DNA of 64,000 nucleotides, taken from NCBI GenBank assembly GCA_965277285.1, contig OZ255721.1, positions 384,001 through 448,000 of the forward strand, written 5' to 3'. The position numbers and the translations under genes were made by a program. The notes under the pieces are model-generated. The model worked only from the letters and a program-made list of their open reading frames with translations. It was not told the DNA's origin and ran no database searches. Shown piece by piece: positions 39,277-49,487 of the stretch. The stretch comes from Abditibacteriaceae bacterium (lineage in GTDB: Bacteria; Armatimonadota; Abditibacteriia; Abditibacteriales; Abditibacteriaceae). Every line of letters starts with the position of its first letter. Position 1 is the stretch's first letter.

Positions 39277-40043
39277 GGTTTCTCCTCGCGCTCTTCGAGT
39301 ACTCGATTGGCCTTTTTTGCATACGGCGCGGCTTCATATGTCACGTCGCGCAACTTGTCGTAACGACCAAGCAGAATAAAGGGCGAAATGCGCGCATAAA
39401 ATCCCATCAAGCGCCAAACGCCCTTTTCCTGAAAACGCCGCCCCGAAGTTTGTAGAGGAATCAATAAATGGCGATGCAAGCCGAAGCGGGAAGCGCGGCG
39501 AATGAATTGAACGTCTTCGCCCAGATGCAAATTCGGGTCGAAACCGCCGCAGTCGATCCACACATCTTTGGGCGCGATGATGCAAACGCCGCTTCCCGTG
39601 CGCAACCAACTTTGCCCCAGGAAGAACAAAACGTTGAACCACAAATAAGCCAATCGAATGGCGAAACTTTCGCGCGCCACGAACCACGGACACGCGACGG
39701 CAAACGGCAAACGCTGATACGATTTTGCGACGCGATGCAGAAATTGCGTGTCGGGCAAACAATCGGCGTCCATCCAAACGATCAATTCGCCGTTCGCTAC
39801 AATTGCGCCTTCGTTGCGTTGCCTTGCGGTTCCACGTTCGCCAACGATGAGTTCGACATTGCGAAAACCGCGTACGATGTTCTGCGTTTGGTCTTCCGAA
39901 CCGCCATCGACCACGATAATTTCCGCTTTCGAGTACTCGATGGGAAGTTCCTGCGCTTGCAACGCGCCGAGCAAATCTCCGATACGCTCCGCTTCGCGCA
40001 ACGTTGGAATGACGACGGAAATAGTGGGAAGCGAGCGAGGCAT
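39273..40043 (-). CDS. Glycosyltransferase family 2
   Basis: SVVIPT, VVDGGSED, MDAD, GGFD...GED. Confidence 0.9.
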   Translation of the reverse strand: MPRSLPTISVVIPTLREAERIGDLLGALQAQELPIEYSKAEIIVVDGGSEDQTQNIVRGFRNVELIVGERGTARQRNEGAIVANGELIVWMDADCLPDTQFLHRVAKSYQRLPFAVACPWFVARESFAIRLAYLWFNVLFFLGQSWLRTGSGVCIIAPKDVWIDCGGFDPNLHLGEDVQFIRRASRFGLHRHLLIPLQTSGRRFQEKGVWRLMGFYARISPFILLGRYDKLRDVTYEAAPYAKKANRVLEEREEKP

Positions 40044-40073
40044 TGCAATAAGTTTATCGTTTTGCCCAATCAC

Positions 40074-40445
40074 TCACGACTTCTTGCGAAAGCGCAGCAA
40101 CAGGTTTCGCAATTCGTCTTTTAGCAAGCCGCACAAAGCGCCGCCGACCCAGACGAGGATTGAACCAATAAACCAGATTGGCGCAGACATCACAAGGATT
40201 ACAACCAAAGGAAAGAATACAAATCGATTGAAGATTTCATAAAGGAAAGTTGGATTTTTTGGAGTCGCCACCCAACTTTCTAAAGGCAAAAACAAGATTA
40301 ACGCTGCCCAGAAACAAGGTGCAATAAGTGCAATAACGAAGCGAGGCAACGTGACACGATAATGCGGCCTTGACTGCGCTTCGATGAAACCTATCCATGT
40401 TGTCAGGGCGACAAGAGACAGCAGAATACCTTGTGAACCAGTCAT
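40074..40445 (-). CDS. Hypothetical membrane protein
   Basis: 123-aa ORF with several hydrophobic helices, lower GC. Confidence 0.6.
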   Translation of the reverse strand: MTGSQGILLSLVALTTWIGFIEAQSRPHYRVTLPRFVIALIAPCFWAALILFLPLESWVATPKNPTFLYEIFNRFVFFPLVVILVMSAPIWFIGSILVWVGGALCGLLKDELRNLLLRFRKKS

Positions 40446-40536
40446 AACAATTGCAAGTTAAGCCGTTTTGTACAAACAACAACGCGCTCATCTTTTCAAA
40501 TAAGCGCGCTGTTATCTTCCCAAATCGAGTACTCGA

Positions 40537-42156
40537 TTACTTCTTTTTGCCCTTCTTCGGCTGTGGCACGAGCGATTCCGTCTTCTCGGAAACGGCGCCT
40601 TCTTCCACCGTGTAGGCTTCTTTGGCAACGGCGTTAACGAAAGGCCGGTCGTGGCTGACAACGACAACCGTGCCTTCGTAACCTGTAATCGCTTCCTGCA
40701 AAACGGCGCGACTGGTCGGGTCGAGGTGGTTCGTCGGTTCATCCAACAACAGAACGTTCGCCGGTTTCATCAGGAATTTGGCCAGTGCGACGCGGCTGCG
40801 TTCGCCACCGGAGAGAACGCGAATCGGCTTGTAAACTTCTTCGCCGCGCATCAGCAAACGTCCCAACAGTTGGCGCGCCTGACCTTCGGGCTGCAACTCC
40901 AGGCCGTGCAAAACTTCCTGCAAAGCGGTTCTGTCGAGATCAAGTGCTTCAGCTTGATGCTGCGCGAAATAGCCGATTGTGACGTTGCGGCCTTCTTCGC
41001 GCTTGCCGTCGGTTGGTTCTTCGACGCCTGCCAAAATGCGCAGAAGAGTACTCTTTCCGGCGCCGTTTGGCCCCATGAATGCCAATCGGTCGCCGCGCAT
41101 GACTTTCAAGTTCACGTCGTGCAAGACTTCGTTTTCGCCGTAGGTTTTCTTGACGCCGCGCAAGCGAAAAACTTCCTGCGCGGGTTGCGGAACGGGGGGA
41201 AATTGAAACGAAATCACGCGTTCCTTGGTGCGTGGCGCTTCGATCTTCTCCATCTTGTCCAGCATCTTTTCGCGCGATTTGACTTGCGTCGCTTTGGTGT
41301 TTTTGGCGCCGAAGCGGTTGATGAACTCTTGCTGGCGCTCCAGTTCGCGCTGCTGACGGTCATACGCCGAAGCCTGACTTTCGCGCAATTGTTCCTTGAC
41401 GCGCAAATAGTTCGAGTAATCGCCGGTGTAATCGTGCAACTTGAATTCGTCCAATTCGACGATGCGAATGCAAACTGCATCCAGAAACTTCGGTTCGTGA
41501 CTAATCACCAGAACCGAACCCGGATACGTTTCCAGATAATCGACGAGCCATTTCACGGCGCGCGTGTCCAAATGGTTGGTCGGTTCATCGAGAAGCAATA
41601 AATCGGGTTCGCGCAGCAGCAATTTCGCCATTGCGATGCGCATTTGCCAGCCGCCGGAATAAGTGTCGGTCAAGCGATCAAGTGCGTCGTGTCCGAAACC
41701 CAGGCCGCTGAGAACGCGACCGATGCGCGATTCCATGGTGTGGACTTCTTCCATTTCGAGCGCCGTTTGCGCTTCGGACAGTTGCCGCAAAGCGTCGCGG
41801 TGTTCGGGCGATTCCTCGTCAAAGTCTTCGATGTGCTCCAATCGTGACGCCAGAATTTCGATGGTCTTCTGCGTCGATTGCGCTTCTTTGAAGGCCGACA
41901 TCATTTCTTCGCGGACGGTGACGCCCAGCGTGCATTGCGATTCCTGCGACAACATATCGCAGGAAGTGTGCGCATCAAAGCGGACAAAGCCTTTGTCGGG
42001 CTGCTCGGTTCCGGCGATCATGCGCATTAAGGTCGTTTTGCCGGTTCCGTTGGGGCCGACGAGACCGACGCGGTCGTAAGGGCCAATGAACAAATCGGTT
42101 TCTTCGAGAATGATTTGCGGGCCGTATTGTTTGGAAAGGTTTTCAATAGTCAACAT
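40537..42156 (-). CDS. ABC-F family ATP-binding protein
   Basis: Two ABC domains (GPNGTGKT, SGGWQMR, LLDEPTNHLD; GPNGAGKS, LSGGE), no TM segments. Confidence 0.95.
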   Translation of the reverse strand: MLTIENLSKQYGPQIILEETDLFIGPYDRVGLVGPNGTGKTTLMRMIAGTEQPDKGFVRFDAHTSCDMLSQESQCTLGVTVREEMMSAFKEAQSTQKTIEILASRLEHIEDFDEESPEHRDALRQLSEAQTALEMEEVHTMESRIGRVLSGLGFGHDALDRLTDTYSGGWQMRIAMAKLLLREPDLLLLDEPTNHLDTRAVKWLVDYLETYPGSVLVISHEPKFLDAVCIRIVELDEFKLHDYTGDYSNYLRVKEQLRESQASAYDRQQRELERQQEFINRFGAKNTKATQVKSREKMLDKMEKIEAPRTKERVISFQFPPVPQPAQEVFRLRGVKKTYGENEVLHDVNLKVMRGDRLAFMGPNGAGKSTLLRILAGVEEPTDGKREEGRNVTIGYFAQHQAEALDLDRTALQEVLHGLELQPEGQARQLLGRLLMRGEEVYKPIRVLSGGERSRVALAKFLMKPANVLLLDEPTNHLDPTSRAVLQEAITGYEGTVVVVSHDRPFVNAVAKEAYTVEEGAVSEKTESLVPQPKKGKKK

Positions 42157-42216
42157 AGCGCGAGCAGTTTAGCAAAACACGGCAAAACAGCGATTCGAGT
42201 ACTCGAATCGCGCAAC

Positions 42217-42294
42217 GAACCCTGAGCGTAAGCGACGGGTGAACTAACAGTTTGATGTAGTTTTCACTTCACCCGTCGCTCACGCTCGGGGTTC
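42217..42294. repeat. REP-like inverted repeat family C
   Basis: GAACCCTGAGCGTAAGCGACGGGTGAA ... TTCACCCGTCGCTCACGCTCGGGGTTC. Confidence 0.88.
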
Positions 42295-42311
42295 TCTGAG
42301 CTTCAAAACTT

Positions 42312-42704
42312 CTACTTCTTCGATTCAAACTTCAGCGCCAGTCCGTTCATGCAATAGCGCAAGCCGGTTGGCGCCGGGCCGTCTTCAAAAACGTGTCCCA
42401 GATGGCCTTCGCACTGCGCGCACAACACTTCGGTGCGGCGCATCCCGTGAGCCGTATCGCTTTCTTCCTCGACACTTTCGCCTGAAATCGGCTGCGTGAA
42501 ACTTGGCCAGCCAGTTCCCGAATCGAACTTGGCGTCCGAAGAAAATAGTTCCAGACCGCAACCGGCGCAACGATAAACGCCGTCTTTGCTGCTTTCGGTC
42601 GGGCTGCTCCACGGACGTTCCGTGCCTTTTTTACGCAACACTTGAAACTGTTCGCTCGTGAGTTCGCGTTGCCATTCTTCATCGGTTTTATGGATTTTAT
42701 TCAT
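42312..42704 (-). CDS. msrB: Peptide-methionine (R)-S-oxide reductase
   Basis: KFDSGTGWPSF, HLGHVFEDGP, RYCMN. Confidence 0.96.
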   Translation of the reverse strand: MNKIHKTDEEWQRELTSEQFQVLRKKGTERPWSSPTESSKDGVYRCAGCGLELFSSDAKFDSGTGWPSFTQPISGESVEEESDTAHGMRRTEVLCAQCEGHLGHVFEDGPAPTGLRYCMNGLALKFESKK

Positions 42705-42788
42705 ATCGCAAAAGACGTTGCAGAACACGCGCGGTGCCGTGACTTTGACCAATCGAGCACTCGCTTAACTCAAGTTGCTACATAATCT

Positions 42789-42953
42789 GAATTGCCATTA
42801 TGTCCTGCGAGTGAACTCGCGGCTCAACCGCCTGCGGCGGAGGCGGCGGCCTGCGCCGACGCCGGAGTGATTTTAATGTTGCGTCGACGCAGGTCGACGC
42901 TCCGGCGTAAGCCGCCCAGACGCGAGTTCACTCGCAGGACATAATGGCAATTC
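42789..42953. repeat. Multi-stem inverted-repeat element family D, opposite orientation to 24536
   Basis: GAATTGCCATTATGTCCTGCGAGTGAACTCGCG ... CGCGAGTTCACTCGCAGGACATAATGGCAATTC, overlapping palindrome copy 42952. Confidence 0.85.
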
Positions 42954-43010
42954 GAGTACTCGATCAAGAGTTGACAGCGCCTGAGGTGTTGATGTCGATC
43001 TGAACTCGCC

Positions 43011-44180
43011 TTACAATTCAATCGCACGTTTGCTCTCGTGCGATTGCAGCGCGGCTTGCCACAACTGATGACTGCGCACCGCTTCATCGGGCGTGGCGCA
43101 GCCGAAGCGACCGTGGAGAGTTCCGGCGCGCTCGGCGACGAAAGCGGCCAGCATTTGCAAAATCACGTCGGGAAACCCGACCTCGAAAATGCCGCCCGTA
43201 ATCGTCGGAAACGTCATTTGATAACCTAAATCGGTGCGTTGCCAGCCTTGTTCCTGGCCGCGATGAAAACTCCACAAAGTCTTCGGCTCTTTGGTCGAAA
43301 AGCGAAAACCGCCGTCGGTGCCCAGCACTTCCACCAACCACGTATTCATTTCGCCGGGCGCCAAACGCTTGGTTTCCAGGCGCATCGGAACGTCGGCGCC
43401 GTTGATTTCGACATCGCAATGCAGCAGCGCGTTGTCCCAGGTGTCGCAAATCGCCAAGCCGCCTTTGCCATCGGGACGCTGCGTGTAAACCTTTTGCAAC
43501 TGCGCATAAACACGTTGCGGATTCCAGCCCAGGCGAAAAAACAAATGCACGATGTGCAAGCCCAGATCGTTCATCACGCCCGCTTCGCCGCAAGTTGCGA
43601 CCTGACGTTTCCAGTTGGCCGGTTTCATCGCATCAAGGTCGGACGAGTGATGAAAGCCAGCGCGGATTTCGAGAACGTGTCCCAAATCGCCCAATCGAGT
43701 ACTCAATTCCCGCCAGATGCGTTGCGCGCCCGGTAGAAAGGGAAACTCCGACGAAACGCGCACAAAACGTCCAAGTTTTTGCGCTGCATCACGCACTGTT
43801 TGCGCCGCTTCCAGGTCGATGCCGAACGGTTTTTCCGCCAGCAAATCTTTGCCGGAGCGCAAGACATCCAGATATAAATCGCGGTGCAATTGGTGCGGCA
43901 CCGCGACATAAACCGCGTCAATTTTCTGGCTCGCCAAAAGTTCGCGGTGATCGTTGGTCAGCAACTTCACGGTCGGAACGCGACGAAACCATTCGCGCGC
44001 AGCGTCGTTGAGGTCGCACACGCCGACAAGTTCCGAATCAAGCGGAAAATCTTCGAGCGCGAACCAGCGCCCCAAAGCCGAAGCGAATTCGCGCCCCATC
44101 AAGCCGCCGCCGATGATGCCCCAGCGAAGAATTGAACGAGAGGATGAAGGATGATTTATGAAGGATGAAGTGTTGCTCAT
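43011..44180 (-). CDS. Gfo/Idh/MocA family oxidoreductase
   Basis: GIIGGGLMG, AEKP motif, DLGLH. Confidence 0.9.
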   Translation of the reverse strand: MSNTSSFINHPSSSRSILRWGIIGGGLMGREFASALGRWFALEDFPLDSELVGVCDLNDAAREWFRRVPTVKLLTNDHRELLASQKIDAVYVAVPHQLHRDLYLDVLRSGKDLLAEKPFGIDLEAAQTVRDAAQKLGRFVRVSSEFPFLPGAQRIWRELSTRLGDLGHVLEIRAGFHHSSDLDAMKPANWKRQVATCGEAGVMNDLGLHIVHLFFRLGWNPQRVYAQLQKVYTQRPDGKGGLAICDTWDNALLHCDVEINGADVPMRLETKRLAPGEMNTWLVEVLGTDGGFRFSTKEPKTLWSFHRGQEQGWQRTDLGYQMTFPTITGGIFEVGFPDVILQMLAAFVAERAGTLHGRFGCATPDEAVRSHQLWQAALQSHESKRAIEL

Positions 44181-45022
44181 GCGGCGTCTTCTGCGTGGAT
44201 TTCGAGATATTTGGCGGCGTCTTGTGGCGTGGCGTTTTGGTGGACAATCGCCATCAAAGCGCGCGTGATGCCGATGGGGTTTGCGTGCTGAATGATGTTG
44301 CGTCCGTAAACGATGCCGCGCGCGCCTTGCTGCATCAGCGCTTTGGTGCGCTGCAAAATAATTTCATCGGACACTTTGCCGCCGCCGCGAACGAGTACTG
44401 GAATGCGTCCCGCCGTTTCAACGACTTTGTGATAAATCGAAACGTCATCCGTCGGGTCGGCTTTGATAATGTCGGCGCCCATTTCCACCGCTTGCCGCAC
44501 CAGAGGCACGATTTTGCTGACATCACCATCGACCTGATAACCGCCAGCTTGCTCGTTGGGGCGAAAAACCAATGGCTCGATCATCAAAGGCATGGAGTAG
44601 CGGTCGCATTGCGGCTTCAATTTGAAGATGTTTTGCACGCATTGATCCGTTAGTTCCGGCTGATCCGGCAATTGGAAAAGGTTGACAACAACGCACGCCG
44701 CATCCAAACGCAGGGCTTGTTCAACGGCATTTTCAATGGTGCGCGAAAACAAAAAGCGTGGCAATGTTTTTCCGTAAACGTTGGCGACATCAGTCCGCAA
44801 AACCAGTGCGGGTTTGTGTCCGGTTGCGCTTTGCAAAAGTGGCGCTTGCCCGACCGTCAATTGAATCGCGTCGGGCGCGGCTTCAATTAGTTTTTGCACG
44901 GCGATGTTGAGATTTTCGATGCCGGACAAAAACGTTGCTTCGTTAAAAAACCCATGATCGACCGCGACATCGAAGCAGTTTCCATCGGCGCCAAATAAAC
45001 GATTTTGTCGAAATTGTTTCAT
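44177..45022 (-). CDS. Class I aldolase (DhnA/LsrF family)
   Basis: VAVDHG, GADIIK Schiff-base Lys, VRGG, GIVYGRNI. Confidence 0.88.
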   Translation of the reverse strand: MKQFRQNRLFGADGNCFDVAVDHGFFNEATFLSGIENLNIAVQKLIEAAPDAIQLTVGQAPLLQSATGHKPALVLRTDVANVYGKTLPRFLFSRTIENAVEQALRLDAACVVVNLFQLPDQPELTDQCVQNIFKLKPQCDRYSMPLMIEPLVFRPNEQAGGYQVDGDVSKIVPLVRQAVEMGADIIKADPTDDVSIYHKVVETAGRIPVLVRGGGKVSDEIILQRTKALMQQGARGIVYGRNIIQHANPIGITRALMAIVHQNATPQDAAKYLEIHAEDAA

Positions 45023-45240
45023 AAGACTTCTTGTATAAGCCGCAAACTGTGACCAAGTTTGGCATTTGGAAGTTTGGCATTCTGAAAATCAAACTGCAAA
45101 GTAGCCATCCGCCAAGAGTTGAGTTACAAGATTTAGTAAGTTGAAGGCGTAACCACAACAAGCTGTCTGACTGACTTAGCGCGTGACCTGACGCAAGTAC
45201 TGTTTCATTTCCCATCTCACAAGCGGATCGAACGGCGGGC

Positions 45241-45445
45241 TGTCGAGCGTCCACGACACAAAAAGGCTTTACCGTTCTATTGCGCCGCTGGATCGTTGAA
45301 CGCATCTTCGCCTGGCTGTCACTCTGCCGCTGCTTGCTGCCGCTGCTTGGCGCGTGACTACGGACTACGTCCACAATCGGGCGAAACACTTATCATCCGG
45401 GCTACGACGCGATTCATGCTATGACGCATTGCACCTCAATGACTT
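45241..45445 (+). mobile_element. Degenerate IS5-family transposase C-terminal remnant
   Basis: Reads KGFTVLLRRWIVERIFAWLSLCR then LARDY after a 13-bp duplication (CTGCCGCTGCTTG); internal stop. Confidence 0.75.
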
Positions 45446-45573
45446 TGCACACTGATTTGCAGAATTCTTGCTGTCACAAGAAAAGCAAAGGTGATAACGC
45501 AAACGACAACGCTCGCCACCGAAGTAGCGAGCGTTGTTGTAAGCCAAAGCTGTTTGTTGTTTGTGGTTCGTGA

Positions 45574-45741
45574 TTACGAAGTGGCTGTGCCGAGCGAGTT
45601 GTTCGCAACGTTGAAGACCGTCTGCACGCGCTTGCCCAGGAAGCTCAGAACCGCGATGACTACCAAAGCGATCAACGAAACCAACAGACCATACTCAACC
45701 AACGTCTGTCCCTCTTCTTCTACCAAAAAACGCTTGATCAT
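45574..45741 (-). CDS. flp: Flp family type IVb pilin
   Basis: EEEGQTLVEYGLLVSLIAL motif, 55 aa, GGGGAGG RBS; terminator hairpin 45506-45537. Confidence 0.9.
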   Translation of the reverse strand: MIKRFLVEEEGQTLVEYGLLVSLIALVVIAVLSFLGKRVQTVFNVANNSLGTATS

Positions 45742-45862
45742 GTTATTCCCTCCCCAGGAAACTTTTCTTGAAATTTTCGGGGCGATTTGTTTTTTCGCCA
45801 CCCGAAACCTTATCTTACACCGATGTTGCCAGATGAATGATTTTGAAGAAAAAGTTTGTGGT

Positions 45863-46330
45863 TCAGGAAAGTTTTTCATCGAGTTTTTGCAGGAGTTGCG
45901 CGATGTGTCGCTGGTTTTCGCCGAAGTCGCCACGCCCGATGCGCGATTGCGAGCGAACATCGACCTGCGTGAGATTGTTTTGCTGACGCAGAGAAATCGT
46001 TAAATCATCGGTGAAAACCAGGACAGGCACGGCGCAATGAATTGTTGTCGTGACATTTTGTTGTTGGGCGCCAGTCCATTTCCAGCGCCGCCCGTAAGTG
46101 CACAAAGTTGGTGCGATGGCTTGAATGTTTTGTGTCACATCTTCGACCGCGGCGTGATAAAAACGCGTGCGCAGGTTTTTGTCGGTGTTGTCCGCCGTCG
46201 TTTGTGCGATGTTGGTGGTGAAATTGTTTGCTTTCATATTTCTAAAAGCCCAGATAAAACAAGGCACCAATAGTGAAATCGCCAGCAGCAGAAAACGTTT
46301 GAGGCGTTGTTTGGAGCGAATAATTGTCAT
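45863..46330 (-). CDS. DUF1499-like protein
   Basis: FTDDL...VDVRSQSRIGRGDFGENQRHI. Confidence 0.82.
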   Translation of the reverse strand: MTIIRSKQRLKRFLLLAISLLVPCFIWAFRNMKANNFTTNIAQTTADNTDKNLRTRFYHAAVEDVTQNIQAIAPTLCTYGRRWKWTGAQQQNVTTTIHCAVPVLVFTDDLTISLRQQNNLTQVDVRSQSRIGRGDFGENQRHIAQLLQKLDEKLS

Positions 46331-46417
46331 AGCATGGAAAGATCGGAACTGGTGTTAAACGGAGTTCTGCGGAACAAGAAGCGCGAGGCGAGAAAGGTTG
46401 AAAAAACGAGCGGCGCA

Positions 46418-46891
46418 TCAGAGTTTTTCATCGTCGACAACTTTGGGCGGCGTAGTTTTTTCAGGACGAAAACGCACGATCAGAACGCGCGACGGTGTTT
46501 CAATTTTGCTCAACTCGTCGTGTAACAGTTCCAGCGCGCGACTTTCATTGAGGCCGCCCGAACCAGCACCCAGAACGGGAAAAGCGACGGAAGCAACCCT
46601 TTTTTTATTCACAATACGCATCGCGTTTTGCGCACTTTGGCGAATCGAGTACTCGCTGGCGCGCCACAACATATTGATTCCCGCAACATGAATAATGCCG
46701 CGAAACGGCAGTTTGCCCGCGCCTGTCAAAACCGCTTCACGAAACGGTTCGGTGCCACCCCGCTTTTTAATGGCGCCCGAAACACCTTGCGGCAATAACA
46801 GCCACCACGGAATGATATTGCGATTCCACGCGTTGACAATAGCTTCGACGTTTTGATCGAGCAAATCGCCGTCAACGATTTCAAGTGGCAT
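46418..46891 (-). CDS. Macro domain protein
   Basis: GDLL, AIVNAWN, GVSGAI, IIHVAG, AFPVLGAG. Confidence 0.85.
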   Translation of the reverse strand: MPLEIVDGDLLDQNVEAIVNAWNRNIIPWWLLLPQGVSGAIKKRGGTEPFREAVLTGAGKLPFRGIIHVAGINMLWRASEYSIRQSAQNAMRIVNKKRVASVAFPVLGAGSGGLNESRALELLHDELSKIETPSRVLIVRFRPEKTTPPKVVDDEKL

Positions 46892-47113
46892 TTCGAGTAC
46901 TCGATCCAAGGTTACGCAAGCGACGCTCGCAAAAACAACGCGAAAACAGATTCAAGAAGCGTTCCGTTGCGCCGTTTTTGCGAGCGTCGCTTGGCTTTGC
47001 ACAGTTATTCAATTCTTCGCTCAATTCTATGAAGGTTTAATTGGCTGAACTTTTAAGAACTTCTCGCAAAAGCTAATTTTTGCGCAAAGCCGCGTCGCTT
47101 GGGCAACCTTGTT

Positions 47114-47800
47114 TTATTCAAGCGAAAGCAAGCGTCCGCAGTTTTCGCAGGTCGGCCAAGTTTGCGCTTTGGCCTCGCGCAAATTGAACGGCGTTAGCGC
47201 CATGCCGCACGCCGAACAATTGCCGTTGACGGCGTGTGCGACCGCGACGCCGCCGTGTTTTTGTGCCACATCGCTGTATTTTTCGAGTTCGTCGGGGGAA
47301 AGCTGCGCCGCGATGGTTTCGCGCGCTTTGCGTCGCGCGTCCATTTGGGTTTCGAGTTGCGCCGAATCGCGCGCAAAGGCGGCTTCGATGCCCTTGAGTT
47401 CGACGTTTTTGGCGGTGCGTTGCAGTTCCAATTCTTTCAATCGAGTACTCGAAGTCTCGATTTCGTCCATCAAATTCAAAATCGCTTCATCGAAATCGCC
47501 GCGCTGCGCGCCGATGGCTTTGATGTCGCGCTCCAGAGCAGTAATTTCGTGCGAAGATTTCGCGTTCATCAAGCGACTTTGCTGGCGTGCGAATTTTTCT
47601 TCGTTGGCTTTAAGTTGCAGTTCGCGGTCGGTGCGCTCGCCGTTCAAGGTCGTCAAACGCGTGCGTTCCTTGTCGAAGGCGCGCTGCAAAGTGTCGTGTT
47701 CGCCGCGCGCGTGCGTGCCGTCGTCGAGCTTGCCGCGCTCGCGCTTGAGTCGCGCCAAATGGTTATCAACTTCCTGCAACTGGAAAAGCAAACGGTTCAT
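47114..47800 (-). CDS. Coiled-coil C4 zinc-ribbon protein (DUF164/HP0958-like)
   Basis: LQEVD start, long coiled coil, CSAC...CENCGRLL; next to Nif3. Confidence 0.9.
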   Translation of the reverse strand: MNRLLFQLQEVDNHLARLKRERGKLDDGTHARGEHDTLQRAFDKERTRLTTLNGERTDRELQLKANEEKFARQQSRLMNAKSSHEITALERDIKAIGAQRGDFDEAILNLMDEIETSSTRLKELELQRTAKNVELKGIEAAFARDSAQLETQMDARRKARETIAAQLSPDELEKYSDVAQKHGGVAVAHAVNGNCSACGMALTPFNLREAKAQTWPTCENCGRLLSLE

Positions 47801-47845
47801 GGCGTTCCTTGGAAAAGCGTTGGAGATTGTGGAGATGCTCGCAGT

Positions 47846-48961
47846 TTAATCCAATGCGTGAAACGGATTCGTATCGATCTGGCTACGCACAATCGGAACA
47901 CAAGTATCATACTGCTCAAAGACTTCGGCGATCATCTCAATGGCGGCGCGCTCAGTTGCCGTGTGCGTGGCGTCTATAATCGACATGTTATGCACCTGCG
48001 CCTGCAATGCGTCGTGATGCTTGATGTCGCCTGTGATCAGACAATCGCAACCGATTTTGGCGGCGGCATCAATGTAAGAGGCGCCGCTGCCTGGCACGCA
48101 CGCGACAATTCGGATTTCGTTCTTCTTTGAGGGAATTAGTCGAAGGTTTGGCGCACTGAGTTTTTCCTGCACATGGCGCGCGAAATCGACGAATCGAGTA
48201 CTCGATTTCAGATGGCCAATGCGTGCAGCGCCCCAACTTTCGCCGCCGTTTATTCTGAATTTGTAAATATCGTGCGCGACTTCTTCGTAGGGATGCGCTT
48301 CTTTCATCGCTTGCAGAACGGCTTCGCGCTTCGATTCGGGAACGATTACCTCCAAGCGCCATTCATCAACGGTTTCGAGTTTGCCGATGTGACCGATTGT
48401 TGGATTGGCACCTTCGAGCGGCCGGAAAGTTCCCTGTCCGCGAACGCGGAAACTCGCCTGATCATAACTGCCAATTGCGCCTGCGCCTGCATCCCACATC
48501 GCCCACTGCAGGCGTTCCACATCGTTTATCGGGACGTAAACAATCAACTTGTACAAACCTTCCTGCCCGCTCGGTTTAAATACATCAACGTCTCTAATTC
48601 CAAGCTGAGCCGCCAATTTGTCGCCCAGCGCGCGGCCCAGCGGCGCGTTATCCAGCGCTGTATGAACCGCGACAACCGCGATATTCGCACTGATGCAACG
48701 AGCCGCCAGACGCACGCTGTGATTCGAGAAATTAAGATTTTCCAGCGGACGAAACAGCGGCGGATGATAGACCACCAGACAATTGGCACCGACGTTTTGC
48801 GCTTCATCAATGGTCGCATCCGTCACTTCGTGCGCAACGAGGAGGTAATTGATCTCCATATTGGCGTCGCCGATGAGCAAGCCGACTTTATCCCAGCTTT
48901 CGGCGCGCGAAAACGGGTAGGCGTTTCTTAAAATGCCGGTAATGTCGCGGACGTTAAGCAT
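47846..48961 (-). CDS. Nif3-like dinuclear metal centre hexameric protein
   Basis: WDKVGL, YHP, HTALD, AHPYEE, TGDIKHH, HTATE. Confidence 0.92.
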   Translation of the reverse strand: MLNVRDITGILRNAYPFSRAESWDKVGLLIGDANMEINYLLVAHEVTDATIDEAQNVGANCLVVYHPPLFRPLENLNFSNHSVRLAARCISANIAVVAVHTALDNAPLGRALGDKLAAQLGIRDVDVFKPSGQEGLYKLIVYVPINDVERLQWAMWDAGAGAIGSYDQASFRVRGQGTFRPLEGANPTIGHIGKLETVDEWRLEVIVPESKREAVLQAMKEAHPYEEVAHDIYKFRINGGESWGAARIGHLKSSTRFVDFARHVQEKLSAPNLRLIPSKKNEIRIVACVPGSGASYIDAAAKIGCDCLITGDIKHHDALQAQVHNMSIIDATHTATERAAIEMIAEVFEQYDTCVPIVRSQIDTNPFHALD

Positions 48962-48974
48962 AAAATGGTTCTGA

Positions 48975-49487
48975 TTACTTTGGCGCCGGAAATTTCTTAT
49001 TGCTCAAGCTGCCTAAAAATGTGAGGATTTTGTAATAGCCTTGGGGCGCGTTATGCCCATAATTATTGATCGTGTAAGTGCGGGTTTTGCCGCCTCGTGA
49101 AAGCGTGAGCGTCGTGGTTTCGTTCAGGCCATCCATCAGGCCAGGCTGATTGTAAGTTCCAGCCAGTTTGGTGAAATGCACGTCGTTCAACAGTTTTACC
49201 AGTTGTTTGCGTTCAGCCTGGCTCAATGCGGCGGTGCGCGTCACCATTTTTCCGGCATGGGAAGTTTGCTCGCCGGAACTGAGACTTCTGCGATCAATGA
49301 AAAGTTGTGAGTACGCACCTTTCATGCCACCTGAAAAAGCAGTTTGCAGCGAAACAAAATCACGATCGAGAACCAAGGCGTTGCGAGTACTCGAAACCGT
49401 CGTTTTGACGTTTGTGACAGCCTTACAAGAATGAGAAATCGTGGCGAAAGCGAGTGCGGCGGTGCAGCAGAAAACAGTTGTCTTCAC
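48975..49487 (-). CDS. Hypothetical exported protein
   Basis: Signal-peptide-like N-terminus, 4-bp overlap with hisI. Confidence 0.65.
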   Translation of the reverse strand: MKTTVFCCTAALAFATISHSCKAVTNVKTTVSSTRNALVLDRDFVSLQTAFSGGMKGAYSQLFIDRRSLSSGEQTSHAGKMVTRTAALSQAERKQLVKLLNDVHFTKLAGTYNQPGLMDGLNETTTLTLSRGGKTRTYTINNYGHNAPQGYYKILTFLGSLSNKKFPAPK

